From Octopus sinensis (lineage: Eukaryota): a stretch of DNA of 64,000 nt. The position numbers were made by a program, and so were the translations under genes. Under the pieces are notes generated by a model. The model was given only the letters and a program-made list of their open reading frames with translations, was not told where the DNA came from and made no database searches. The stretch is from the NCBI RefSeq assembly GCF_006345805.1, contig NC_043010.1, positions 65,906,001-65,970,000 of the forward strand, written 5' to 3'. Below, piece after piece: positions 11,290-24,388 of the stretch (the first letter of the stretch is position 1; every line of letters begins with the position of its first letter).

Positions 11290-12370
11290 TTATAAGAAAA
11301 GAAAAAGTTTGACTCTAGGTCAGCTTTTAAAGCAGACCTCTGGTTAAATGCATTCCAGCCATGACCTTCCAGTGTTTTAGGACTATATAAGATTTCCTTA
11401 TTATTGACTGTGTGCCTGTTTATTTTTAAAACAGTAGGATGTGGTTTGAGGGTAATTTGGCTGCTATTTCTAGCAGATATCGAGACCACCCAGAAGATCC
11501 CCTCATAGACCCAGATCAGTTATTCTCCTGCTAAATTATGATCAAAAATGTATTGCAGCCATGCCCATCACCGTCATCATTATCATCATCATTAAACATC
11601 CGTTTTTCCATGCTGGCATGGGTTGGACAGTTAGACTGAATCCTATGAACCACAGGACTGAGTTGATCTTTAAGGTTTGCTTTCTCATGGTTTCCACAGC
11701 TAGATGCCCTTCCTAATGCCAACCCCTTTACAGTGTGTACTGGTTGTCTTTTTTCAGGGAACTAGCACAAGTGAGGTTGCCTAGTAACTGTTAAGTCAAA
11801 AAAAGAAAAACAAAATGTCCCCTTGATGTCCTTGTTTTTTAAGATGACAGGATGTGGTTTGCGAAAGATTTGGCTGCTATTTGTAGCAGATAGCGACTCT
11901 CTCATTGCTACATTGATGCTGACAATGGTGGTGGTGGTGATACTGTTTTCAAATTTTGGCACAAGGCCAGTAATTTCAGGGGTGGGTAAAGTCGATTACA
12001 TTGACCCCAGTACTCAACTGGTACTTATTTTATTGACCCTGAGAAAATGAAACTCAAAGACGACCTTGGCAGGATTTGAACTCAAAACGTAAAGACAGAT
12101 GAAACACCACTAAGGCCAACATTTTGGGGGAGAGGGCCAGTCGATTAGATCGACTCTATTCTTTTACTGGTTTCAGTCATTCGACTGTGGCCATGCTGGA
12201 GCACCGCCTTTAATATATATATATACACTCACGGAGTGGTTGGCGTTAGGAAGGGCATCCAGCTGTAGAAACATTGCCAGATAAGACTGGAGCCTGGTGC
12301 AGCCTTCTGGCTTCCCAGATCCCCGGTCGAACCGTCCAACCCATGCTAGCATGGAGAACGGACATTAAAC

Positions 12371-12403
<33 letters not shown>

Positions 12404-12769
12404 ATATATATATAGAGAGAGAGAGAGACCCCCTTCGGTCATGAATGACCATGGGATTGCACCTACAAAGTTACCCTCCGAGACACAAGTCCGGTCAAAG
12501 TTGTTTATGGAAGACCAGCAGTTGCCCATGCATACCAGCCTCCCTTCTCTACATCACTGATGTTATCCAAGGGAAAGACAAATGGGCCGATACAGCTTTG
12601 CACCAGTAATGTCGCAACTCGTTTCTACAGCTGAGTGAACTGGAGCCAGGGGAAATAAAGTGTCTTGCTCAAGAACACAACACGCAGCCCGGTCCGGGAT
12701 TCGAAGTCACAACCTCACGCTTGTAAGCTCGGTGCTCTAACCACTGAGCCATGTGCCTTCACATGGTAT

Positions 12770-13282
12770 GCAACTAGTACTTTTTTAATCGACTCCGAAA
12801 GGATGAAAGGCAAAATCAACCTCGGCGGAATTTGAACTCAGAACGTAAAGACAAACAAAATACCTATTTCTTTACTACCCACAAGGGGCTAAACACAGAG
12901 AGGAAAAACAAGGACAGACAAACAGATTAAGCCGATTACATCGACCCCAGTGCATAACAGGAAACTTAATTTATCGACCCAGAAAGGATGAAAGACAAAG
13001 TCGACCTCAGCGGAATTTGAACTCAGAACATAATGGCAGACGAAATACCTATTTCTTTATTACCCACAAGGAGCTAAACACAGAGAGGAAAAACAAGGAC
13101 AGACAAACGGATTAAGCTGATTACATCGACCCCAGTGCATAACAGGAAACTTAATTTATCGACCCAGAAAGGATGAAAGACAAAGTCGACCTCAGCGGAA
13201 TTTGAACTCAGAACATAACGGCAGACGAAATACTGCTAAGCATTTCGACCGGCGTGCTAACGTTTCTGCCAGCTTGCCACCC
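12770..13282 (-). mobile_element. S2 SINE with three tandem ~185-bp internal modules
   Basis: ggaatttgaactcagaac at ~12827, 13013, 13197; single head at 13240-13282. Confidence 0.8.
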
Positions 13283-14062
13283 TACTATGTTATATAATAT
13301 TACCAATAAATACTGACCGAAGGAGATTTTAGTGTTTTACAAAGGGGACACAACCCTTCTTAGCTCAATATATTACCAATGACTAAATACAAACACATTT
13401 AATCAAACACACAGCCCTTTATACTGTTCAATGTAAGCAGAGAAAAATCAATCATTGTAGATCTATAAATACATATATATAATATATATATATATATATA
13501 TTGCACTCACTTCTGAGACATGACATACCAAAGACAATGTACAAATAAAACACTTTAAAAAATAAAACAAGCAAAGAATAGACAATGTGTTATCTTAAAT
13601 GATTATCAATAATAGCTGGTGGACACGGGAGGTGCATGTGGTCGAGGTGGAAACTGACCATGCTACGGTCACCTTGGCTACAGAACAGATACAAGGAAAA
13701 TACCAACTATTGATGCTTGACAACGCAACTGTCATTATAGGCTTAATCATCACAATACTGAAAGTAATACGTAGATATCTACACACATATATACATACAT
13801 TCATACATATGTACGTATATATATATGTATATACACACACACATACAAACGAACATACATCATCGTCATCATCAGCATTTTAACGTCCATTTTTTTCCAT
13901 GCTTGCATGTGTTGAGTGGAGTTCAGCAAGAGAGATTTTCTATAACTGGATGCTTTTCCTGTCACCAACCTTCCCTTGGTTCCAAGCAAGTTGATATATT
14001 TATATATATGTATGATATAATATATGCATATGTGTGTGTGTGTGTGTGGAGGCGCAATGGCC

Positions 14063-15150
14063 TTGGCTGCCTGGCTGGAAACTGGCCTAGGCTGGCTGGC
14101 TGGCCCGGTTTGGGATGCCTGGCTGGTCCGGCCTTGGTTTGCTGGCTGGAAACTGGCCTTGGCTAGCTAACTGGCTGGCTGGGCTTTGGCTGCCTGGCTT
14201 GCCCAGCGTTGGCTAGCTGGCTGGAAACTGGCCTAGGGAGGCTGGCTGGCTGAGCCTTGGTTGCCTGGCTGGCCTGGATTTGGCTTGCTGGCTGGAAACT
14301 GGCCTAGGGAGGCTGGCTGGCTGAGCCTTGGTTGCCTGGCTGGCCTGGATTTGGCTTGCTGGCTGGAAACTGGCCTAGGCTGGAAACTGGCCTAGGCTGG
14401 CTGGCTGGGCCTTGGCTGCCTGGCTGACCCGGCCTTGGCTTGCTGGCTGGAAACTGGCCTAGGCTATCTGGCTGGCCCGGTTTTGGATGCCTGGCTGGCC
14501 CGGCCTTGGCTTGCTGGCTGGAAACTGGCCTAGGCTGTCTGGCTGGCCCAGTTTTGGATGCCTGGCTGGTCCGGCCTTGGCTTGCTGGCTGGAAACTGGC
14601 CTAGGCAAGCTGGCTGGCCCTGTTTTGGATGCCTGGCTGGCCCAGCCTTGGCTTGCTGGCTGGAAACTGGCCTAGGCAAGCTGGCTGGCCCTGTTTTGGA
14701 TGCCTGGCTGGTCCGGCCTTGGCTTGCTGGCTGGAAACTGGCCTAGGCAAGCTGGCTGGCCCTGTTTTGGATGCCTGGCTGGCCCAGCCTTGGCTTGCTG
14801 GCTGGAAACTGGCCTAGGCAAGCTGGCTGGCCCTGTTTTGGATGCCTGGCTGGCCCAGCCTTGGCTTGCTGGCTGGAAACTGGCCTAGGCAAGCTGGCTG
14901 GCCCTGTTTTGGATGCCTGGCTGGCCCAGCTTTGGCTTGCTGACTGGAAACCGGCCTAGGGAGACTGGCTGGCTGAGCCTTGGTTGCCTGGCTGGCCTGG
15001 ATTTGGCTTGCTGGCTGGAAATTAGTCTAGGCTGACTGGCTGGCCCTGTTTTGGATGCCTGGCTGGCCCGGCCTTGGCTTGCTGGCTGGAAACTGGCCTA
15101 GGCAAGCTGGCTGGGCCTTGGCTGCCTGGCTGGTCTGGCTTTGGCTTGCT
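14063..15150. repeat. GC-rich 71-bp minisatellite (~14 units)
   Basis: ggctggaaactggcctagg recurs with a 71-bp period (ORF starts 14487, 14558, 14629, 14700, 14771). Confidence 0.95.
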
Positions 15151-15431
15151 GGCCATGCAAGCCAAGGCATGAACCTGCATCCAGACGCAGATCCGTGTGT
15201 CATATAGCTAGCTAGAAGTGATAGCCTCTCGGAGCTAATCAACAGCAGCATTTGTCCTGTTTCCCTGGACTGCCATATATTGTTTCCAGTATAAATTAAT
15301 ATTACTAAGAAATATTACTGGTCCCTGGCACATTGGAAAAAAACTGCCAGTACAGCACATCAGATATTTTGTGAAGCATTTCACCCAGCGTGCTAACGTT
15401 TCTCCCGGCTTGCCGCCTTAAAATATTCTTT

Positions 15432-15824
15432 TCTTCTCTAGGCACAAGGCTCGAAATTTTGGGGGAGGGAGGTCAGTCAATTAGATTGATCCCAGTGCGT
15501 AACTGGTACTTAATTTATTGACCCCGAAAGGATGAAAGACAAAGACGACCTTGGCAGAATTTGAACTCAGAACATAAAGACAGACGAAATACCTATTTCT
15601 TTACTACCCACAAGGGGTTAAACACAGAGAGGACAAACAAGGACAGACAAACGGATTAAGTCATTTATATCAACCCCAGTGCATAACTGGTACTTAATTT
15701 ATCGACCCCGAAAGGATGAAAGACAAAGTCGACCTCGGCGGAATTTGAACTCAGAACATAAAAACAGACGAAATACTGCTAAGCGTTTCACCCAGTGTGC
15801 TAACGTTTCTGCCAGCTTACCGTC
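15432..15824 (-). mobile_element. S2 SINE with duplicated internal module
   Basis: aatttgaactcagaac at ~15555 and ~15738; head at 15790-15824. Confidence 0.75.
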
Positions 15825-15834
15825 TTGTGTGTGT

Positions 15835-16395
15835 GCATCTTTGCTTGATCAACATGTGTGTGTGTATGTTTTTGTGTGTGTCTTGGTACATGTGTGTACA
15901 TGTTCTGTGTATGTATGTGTGGTGTGTGTATTTCAATGCGAGTATGTGTATATGCATGTCTGTGTATGCTGTGTGTATGTGTGTGTGTGTGTGTGTATCT
16001 TAACACATGCACACACATTATCAATATGTATGTTTGCGTATGTATCTGTGCATGTGTGTATACTTGATCAGTTTGTGTGTGTGTGTATATGTGTATGTGT
16101 GTGTATATGCATGTATGTGTGTGCATGTATCTGTGTGTATGTGTGTGTGTTCTTGTGCATGTCTTTGTATATGTGTGTACATGTTCTGTGTATGTATGTG
16201 TGATGTGTGTATTCCCATGTGAGTATGTGTATATGCATGTGCGTATATGTGTGTGTGTGTGTACATGAGTGTGTGTGTGTGTGTGCATGTGTGTGTGCAT
16301 TTTCGTGCACGTCTTTGTTCATGTATGCACATGCTCTGCGTATGTATGCATGATGCATGCATCTCATGTCTATATGTACATATGTATGTATGTGC

Positions 16396-16455
<60 letters not shown>

Positions 16456-16458
16456 ATG

Positions 16459-16493
<35 letters not shown>

Positions 16494-16592
16494 ATATGTA
16501 TATGTGTGTGTGTGTGTATATGTGTGTGTATGTGTGTGTGGTGTGTGTGTGTGGTGTGTATGTGTGTGTTGTGTGTGTGTGTGTGGTGTATA

Positions 16593-16627
<35 letters not shown>

Positions 16628-16630
16628 ATG
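15835..16630. repeat. Degenerate (TG)/(TA) alternating purine-pyrimidine tract
   Basis: Direct reading. Confidence 0.9.
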
Positions 16631-16739
16631 TGTTTTGTTTGGGCTTACTGCTTATTGTTTATTTAGTGTGTTATCATTGCTTGGTTCCAGTGACTGCCAT
16701 TTTGTAATTAAAGGATTATAATTGACTCATACACACACC

Positions 16740-17811
16740 CTACCACGACTGCCATCGCCACCACCATCACCACCACCACCACCACTACCATCACTGCCAC
16801 CAACACTCCGGCCAAACCATCATCCCTTTCACTACTACCACCACCACCACCACCACCACTATCGTCACCACTATCACTGCCACCAACACTCTGGCCAAAC
16901 CATCATCCCTTTCACCACTACCACCACCACCACCTGTATCACCAGTACAACCATCAATACCACCACCAACACCAACAACAACAACAATAACAACATTAAC
17001 ATTATCACCACCAACACCACCATCACCAATGCCATCCACGCCACCAGCATCGCCACCAACGCCACTACCATTAACACTGAGATCACCACCAACAACACCA
17101 ACAACACCAACACTGCCACCCTCACTTCTTTCCAGGATCCACCACCAACACTCCAAATGCCACCACCACACCAAACACCTTCGCCAGCACCACCAATACG
17201 ATCAGCACCTCCGTCTCTAACACCACTGACAGCAGCTTCATCAACTCCCTCCCAATCACCACCACCACCACCACTACCACCACCACCACCAATACCACCA
17301 CCACCACCAACACCACCATCACCACAAACAACCCACACCCATCCAATCACCACCACTACCACCGCCATCACCGACATCACCACCACCTCCACCACCAACA
17401 ACCACAACAGCGCCAACAACAGCTTCATCAACGCCCTCCCAATCCCCACCACCACCACCACCACTACCACTACCATCCCCACCAACACCACCACCAATAC
17501 CTCAATCACCACCACCACCACCATCACCACCATCATCACCACCACCATCCCCACCAACACCACCAACACCACCACAACCACCATCAACCCACACCCACCC
17601 AATCACCACCACCACCACTACCGCTGCCGCCAATACCTCCACCACCACCAATCAACCCACACCCACCCAATCACCACCACCATCACCAATACCAATACCT
17701 CAATCACCACCACCATCACCATCACCACCACCATCACCACCACCATCACCACCACCACCACCAACACCACCACCAATACCTCCATCACAAACAACCCACA
17801 CCCACCCAATC

Positions 17812-17861
<50 letters not shown>

Positions 17862-17862
17862 A
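16740..17862. repeat. Degenerate (ACC)n/(AAC)n low-complexity tract with internal duplications
   Basis: Direct reading; acccacacccacccaatcaccacc recurs at ~17333, 17588, 17655, 17795. Confidence 0.9.
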
Positions 17863-20146
17863 TCAATGAAGAAACTGGAAACGGAAGAAAGAGCCAGGTT
17901 GTTTCATGCCTGGTCTCGCTGTTGTTTGATGTTGCATCCATCAACTGTCCACGACTGGTGGTCAGCCTCACCTGCTGATGCTGCTGCTGCTACCACTACG
18001 ACGACGACGACTGCTACTGCTACTGCTGGACGTTTCTCTCAACAACCACGGCAACCAACCGGGGGCCTGTCCATGTGAAAACCTACAACCCAGGTCAGTT
18101 GGTAACATTTTTTTTTTTGTTCTTTTAAGAAAAAAAAAAGGGGGGTTTTTTCAAAACAAAACAGGTGGTTGGTAGAGGGGGTGGGGTGGGCGAGCAGACC
18201 CCACTCCCTCCCCTCACTGCCGTCACCATCGACCACAATCCAACTACAGCCATCACCACCTGCCACCACCACCACCACCATCACCACCACCACCATCACC
18301 ACCACCACCACCACCACTGTCTCCACTGTCGAAGCCCTCACAACCAAACTCAAGGAAGTTTCCATGCAATCACTTGGTTTGCAAGAAATAGCAGCTATGT
18401 TATCCCTCAACTGAAACTGTACTGTCTTCAAACAAAGAAAGGCACGTTGGATAATATAGTCCTAGATATACTTGGCCAGAAAGCCCCCTTTTTTTTTATT
18501 TCCTTCTACAAAAAAAATTTGACAGGATGTCCAGGGTTAGAACCTTGGTCTGCTCTATCCAAAGTGACCACCTGCAGCTATAGCACAACCCATCATCTCA
18601 AGACAGCATGTGGCTTAGTGGTTAGGGTGTTGTACTCGTGATCACTAGATCACGGGTTCAATTCCCAGACTGAGCGGTACATTGTGTTCTTGAGCAAGTG
18701 ACTTCATTTCACATTGTTTAGAGGCACAGGCGTGGCTGTGTGGTAACAAGTTTGTTTCCCAACCATATGGTTCTAGGTTCAATCCTAATGTGTGGAACTA
18801 TGGGCAAGTGTCTTCTACAATAGCCTCAGACCAACCAAAGCCTTATTAGTAGATTTGACGTGCATGTGTGTGTGTACTTGTCCCCTTCCACTGCCTGACA
18901 TCTGGTGTTGGTGTATTTACATCCCTGTAACTTAGCAGTTCAGCAAAAAGGACCAATAAAATAAGTACCAGGCTTTAAAAAAAAATTAGCACTGGGGTTG
19001 ATTCATTCAACTAAAATTCTTCAAGGTTGAAATAAAAGATAAAATAGTTTATAAATTAATGAAGGGGCTTCTATATGGTCACTTGATTTACTAAAAATAG
19101 CAGCCAAGTCTCTCTCAAATTCCCTCCTATCCTCCTACAAAAGAGCATATTAGATAAAAGAGTCCTGGGGTTCCATGCACCTCCGAAAAAGACGAGATGG
19201 TCATAGGTATGCCTGATCAGAGTTGGCCTGGGGCTAAACTAAGCAAAACAAGGAAACTTGTAAATGAATAAGATATCCTAATGCAGCTGATTTGCCTGCT
19301 AGAAATAACAGCCAACCAAATCTCTCTCAAATTATATCTTACACTGATTAAGAGATGAGATGGTCGTTGCTGGAATACCCTTAATCATCATTGTGCTTGA
19401 TCTGATATGACCCGGGGGCTAAACAACACCAATTAACCACAAGGAAGCCTAAATGTGTCCAGTCAACCTATTAGAAATAGCAGTCAAATCTCCCTCAAGG
19501 ACAGGATTGTCATGGAAAGAATACTTTTAATCATAGGTTTACTGGATTGGTGTTAACTTAAGGTTTTTTAGAAAAAGCAGCTAAATCTACCTCAAATGAC
19601 TTATAATATTTTTAAAAGGGAAGGACATTGAATTAATGTAGACTATCTATTTAGACAGGGTGGTCACTGCTAGAATGTCTCCATTTGTAGGTCTGCTTGA
19701 CAGAGCTGTTTTAGGACTAAACAAGCAGAAAGACATCAATGGTGTCATCCAGCCTGTGAGAAATAGCAGCCAAATGTCTCTCAAATCACGTCATACAATC
19801 TTTAAAAAAAACATGATAACACAGTAAAAGAAGAAGAAACGTTTCCTTTTCAAGTCATGCCAGGCTCATAAGGGCCAGTTTCCCAGTTTCAGTGGCATAT
19901 AAATTCCACAACAGGACAGCACACCGATCCATCACAGGATTACTCGTTTTTGACAGCTGAGTGGACTGGGGCAGTGTGAAATGAAGGGTTTTGCTCAGAA
20001 CACAATGCACTGCCCGGTCCAGGATTTGAAACCACAATCTTACAATCATGAGTCCAACACTCTAACCACTAAGCCATGTACCTCCACAGATAACATAGTA
20101 GGGGACATAAATTTAGACATGATGGTCAAAACTAAACTGCCTTTAA

Positions 20147-21361
20147 CCCTTTCGTTAATGTATTTCTGTTGAGATGCTCTGTGTTTCTTTCAATTAATTT
20201 TAAATATAACAAAGAATTTAGTGAAATAACTTAGTTATCATTCAGCTAGTGTTAGAAATATAAATTGTGACTAAGGTTTCGTGGAAGATTTTAATTCAGA
20301 ACTTATGGAAACAAGACATTTGTACTACAGAGCCAGAACCGGTTTTAGCCAGGTTGGTATCAAAAGTGTTAAGAATTGTTTCTCTATTATATATTTTAAC
20401 CCTTTTATTACTGTATTTATTTTGAGGTACTCCGTGTTTCTTTCAATATTCCCGGTGCACCCGCCCTTGCCCACCCCCACCACCAATACCGGATATCTCT
20501 ATATTTTTGCTCCATCTATACCGGATGTTGCTTCTCCCACCACCATTATAGGTGTCTACTCTTCGAACCCCCCTCTTCAATACGCTATTTCACACCATGC
20601 ATTACCCCTCTCTTGATATCCTACGTTCTACTTGCCTAGAACCTGTCATCATTTCTCTGACCACCCCTCCCCACTGGTGCTCCCCTATATTCCCCCCCCC
20701 CACATAAAAAGCACCATCCGAACGTGGCCGATGCCAGACCCCTCTGGCACCTGTGCAGGTGGCACGTAAAAAACACCCACTACACTCGCGGAGTGGTTGG
20801 CGTTAGGAAGGGCATCCAGCTGTAGAAACACTGCCAGACTAGACTGGAGCCTGGGGCAGTCCCGAGCTCCCCAGACCCCGGTCGAAACCGTCCAACCCGT
20901 GCTAGCGCGGAAAACGGACGTTAAACGATGATGATGATGATGATGATGATAACAAAGAATTTAGTAAAATAACTTAGTTATCATTCAGCTAGTGTTAGGA
21001 ACATAAATTGTGACTGAGGTTTGGTGGAAGATTTTAATTCAAAACTTATGGAAACAAGACATTTGTACTCAGAGCCAGAACTGGTTTCTGATGGGTTAGT
21101 ATCGAAAGGGTTAAGAATTGTTTCTCTATTATACATTTTAATCCTTTCATTACTGCATTTATTTTGAGATGCTCTGTGTTCCTTTCAATTACTTTAAATA
21201 TAACAAAGAATTTAGTGAAATAACTTAGTTATCGTTCAGCTAGGGTTAGGAACATAAATTGTGATTAAGGTTTAGTGGAAGATTTTAATTCAAAACTTAT
21301 GAAAACAAGGCATTTCTATTCAGAGCCAGAAGTGGTTTCAGATGGGTTAGTATCGAAAGGG
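20147..21361. mobile_element. piggyBac-type MITE array (3 units; unit 2 interrupted by RTE-tailed insert ~20448-20950)
   Basis: TTAA 20143-46 + CCCTTTC ... GAAAGGG + TTAA 21362-65; ~250-bp period. Confidence 0.75.
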
Positions 21362-21856
21362 TTAATCTTCAGTCTATTCTCAAAGAATCACCTTTACAAC
21401 ATTGTAGGCCCCTGGGCAAATGAATGCACTGGACCCTAAGCTTCATTTATTAACCTTTTAACATTCAGATTCTTCTGTCAAATGTAAGGTTTTGAATTAA
21501 TCGTGCATTATCTCGAAGCTTTGAGATTTTGATGATGTGAGCATTTATTTTTACAGTAGCATGGTAGGGTAAGTGTGAGAGGCCAGATCTGGATAGATTG
21601 AACGTATTTGGGCCAAACATGGGCAGTTTAAATGCTAAATGGTTAACAGCAAGCTACGACATACTTAGATCAAATTTGGGGCCCTAGACGCACAGGGCCC
21701 TGAGGTATCTGGTCAATGCCTTAAGACGGTCCTATCTACTCTATCAGGACAAACTTGGGGCTAGACAACATCAAGAAAACCAACAACAATAGCAACAACT
21801 CTGAGTGTTAATTACAAAGCTTAAACAAATCAACCTCATGCACATTTAATGTACAT

Positions 21857-22530
21857 CATCGTGGCCGTTGCCAGCCTCGCCTGGCCCCTGTGCTGGTGGC
21901 ACGTAAAAAGTACCATCCGATCATGGCCGTTTGCCAGCCTCGCCTGGCCCCCGTGCCGGTGGCACGTAAAAAGTACCATCCGATCGTGGCCGTTGCCAGC
22001 CTCGCCTGGCCCCCATGCCTGTGGCACGTAAAAAGCACCATCCGATCGTGGCCGTTGCCAGCCTCGCCTGGCCCCTGTGCCAGTGGCACATAAAAAGCAC
22101 CATCCGATCGTGGCCGTTTGCCAGCCTCGACTGGCCCCCGTGCCGGTGGCACGTAAAAAGCACCATCCGATCGTGGCCATTGCCAGCCTCGCCTGGCCTC
22201 CGTGCCGGTGGCACATAAAAAGCACCATCCGATCGTGGCCGTTGCCAGCCTCGCCTGGCCCCCGTACTGGTGGCACGTAAAAAGCACCATCCGACCATGG
22301 CCATTTATTTGCCAGCCCCGTCTGGCACCTGTGCCGGTGGCACGTAAAAAGCACCTACTACACTCACGGAGTGATTGGCGTTAGGAAGGGCATCCAGCCG
22401 TAGAAAGATTGCCAGATCAGACTGGGCCTGGTGCAGCCTTCTGGCTTCCCAGACCCCAGTTGAACCATCCAACCCATGCTAGCAGGGAAAGCGGACACTA
22501 AATGATGTTGATGATGATGGTGATGATGAT
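21857..22530 (+). mobile_element. RTE 3' fragment with ~8 tandem ~62-bp units
   Basis: tggcacgtaaaaag(c/t)accatccgatc repeats; standard RTE 3' UTR and GAT tail. Confidence 0.85.
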
Positions 22531-22751
22531 CTCGTTAAATATAACATTTTAAATTTTTTAATGAATTATTTCAACCACACAGTTTGCAGGCATGGGAAGA
22601 AGTTTTCCTCACAACCCCTTGATTTCAGGTTCAGTCCCACTACACAGCATCTTGAGCCAACTTCTTCTACTGTGGCCCTAGACAGATCTATCCTTTATAA
22701 GTGAATTTTGTAGCTGGAAATTTGTGGAAGCCCATCATATATGTGTGTGTG

Positions 22752-22789
<38 letters not shown>

Positions 22790-23404
22790 CATATATATAC
22801 ATGTACATACATGTACATACACACACACACACGTGCATATATATATAGACAACCAGTGTTGGTGTGTTTACATCCCTAAGTGAACAGTAGGATAATTACC
22901 AGACATAGAAATAAGTATTGGGGTTGGTCTGTTTGACTAAACCCATTGACACAGTGCCCCAGCATGGCCACAGTTCAATGATTAAATCAAGTAAAAGAAT
23001 TTTTAAAATTCCACATAGTTACATGAAAAGTAACATATAGAATTTGGGTTCAATCCTACCTTGTGACACTTTGGGCAAGTGACTTCAATTATAGCCTAGG
23101 GCAGACCAAAGCCTTGTGAGTGGGTTTGGTAGATGGAAACTGAAAGAAGCCCCTCATATATATGTGTGTGTCTGTTTATATGTGTGTGTCTTTGTGTCAG
23201 TGACCGATCTTGATGTATTTACATCCCCATAACTTAGTGGTTCAGCAAAAGAGATTCATAAAATTAGTACTAGGCTTACAAAGAATAAGCTCTGGGGTCA
23301 ATTCCTTCAACTAAAAACCCCTTTAAGGCAGTGCTCCAGCATGGCTGCAGTCAAATGACTGAAACAGGAATAATAAAAAATAAAAGAATGTATTTTTTAT
23401 ATTT

Positions 23405-23569
23405 GTACCAGGAGTGGCTGTGTGGTAAGTAGCTTGCTTACCAACCACATGGTTCCGGGTTCAGTCCCACTGCATGGCATCTTGGGCACATGTCTTCTAC
23501 TATAGCCTCGGGCCGACCAAAGCCTTGTGAGTGGATTTGGTAGACGAAAACTGAAAGAAGCCTGTCGTA

Positions 23570-23600
<31 letters not shown>

Positions 23601-23830
23601 GCGTGTGTGTGTTTGTGTGTCTGTGTTTGTCCCCCTAGCATTGCTTGACAACCGATGCTGGTGTGTTTATGTCCCTGTCACTTAGCAGTTCAGCAAAAGA
23701 GACCGATAGAATAAGTACTGGGCTTACAAAAGAATAAGTCCCGGGATCGAGTTGCTCGATTAAAGGCGGTGCTCCAGCATGGCCACAGTCAAATGACTGA
23801 AACAAGTAAAAGAGTAAAAGAGTAAAGAGA
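23405..23830 (+). mobile_element. Full-length S1 SINE (tRNA head, CORE-like ccttgggcaagtgtcttc, central microsatellite, (AAAAGAGT)n tail)
   Basis: Direct reading; the family recurs >15 times in the window. Confidence 0.85.
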
Positions 23831-23964
23831 GAGACCCTCTTCATTACTATTTCATTCTCATGGACCCCTTAGCCATTTCATGTTTAAAACTAGTTTTATA
23901 GAACCTTCTTTCAAAATCCCTTTTTTGTTTCCCACACATCAACTTGTTTAGATTGAACTATATT

Positions 23965-24353
23965 CTTTTACTCTTTTACTTGTTTCAGTCATGTGGCCGT
24001 GGCCATGCTGGAGCACTGCCTTTAGTCGAGCAACTCGACCCCAGGACTTATTGTTTGGAAGCCTAGTACTTATTCAAATGGTCCCTTTTACTAAACCGCT
24101 AAGTTACGGGGACGTAAACACACCAGCATCAGTCATCAAGCGATGTTGGGGAACACTCACAGACACACAAACACATACACACACACATACATATATAAAC
24201 ATATACACACACATACATATATACAATGGGCTTCTTTCAGTTTCTGTCTACCAAATCCACTCACAAGGCCTTGATCAGCCCGAGGCTATAGTAGAAGACA
24301 CTTGCCCATGTGGTTCGTAAGCAAGCTACTTACCACACAACCACTCCTACGCC
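23965..24353 (-). mobile_element. S1 SINE
   Basis: Reverse complement of the S1 consensus. Confidence 0.85.
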
Positions 24354-24388
24354 TATGTAAAATGCTATACTAATACATACATCTAAAA

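Noticed and set aside
13590-13677. Possible minus-strand terminal exon (QGDRSMVSFHLDHMHLPCPPAIIDNHLR-stop) in a non-repetitive island
   Set aside because: Good acceptor but no upstream exon or recognisable homology; left unresolved
16722-17978. 418-aa Thr/Pro/His-rich ORF with an internal ctttccAG acceptor-like site
   Set aside because: Made of (ACC)/(AAC) repeats that lack stops in several frames; no phase-compatible donor or partner exon
17860-18093. Unique GC-richer island with donor-like cag|GTCAGT, considered as HECTD2 first exon
   Set aside because: No ATG-led frame ends in phase 0; a non-coding exon cannot be excluded
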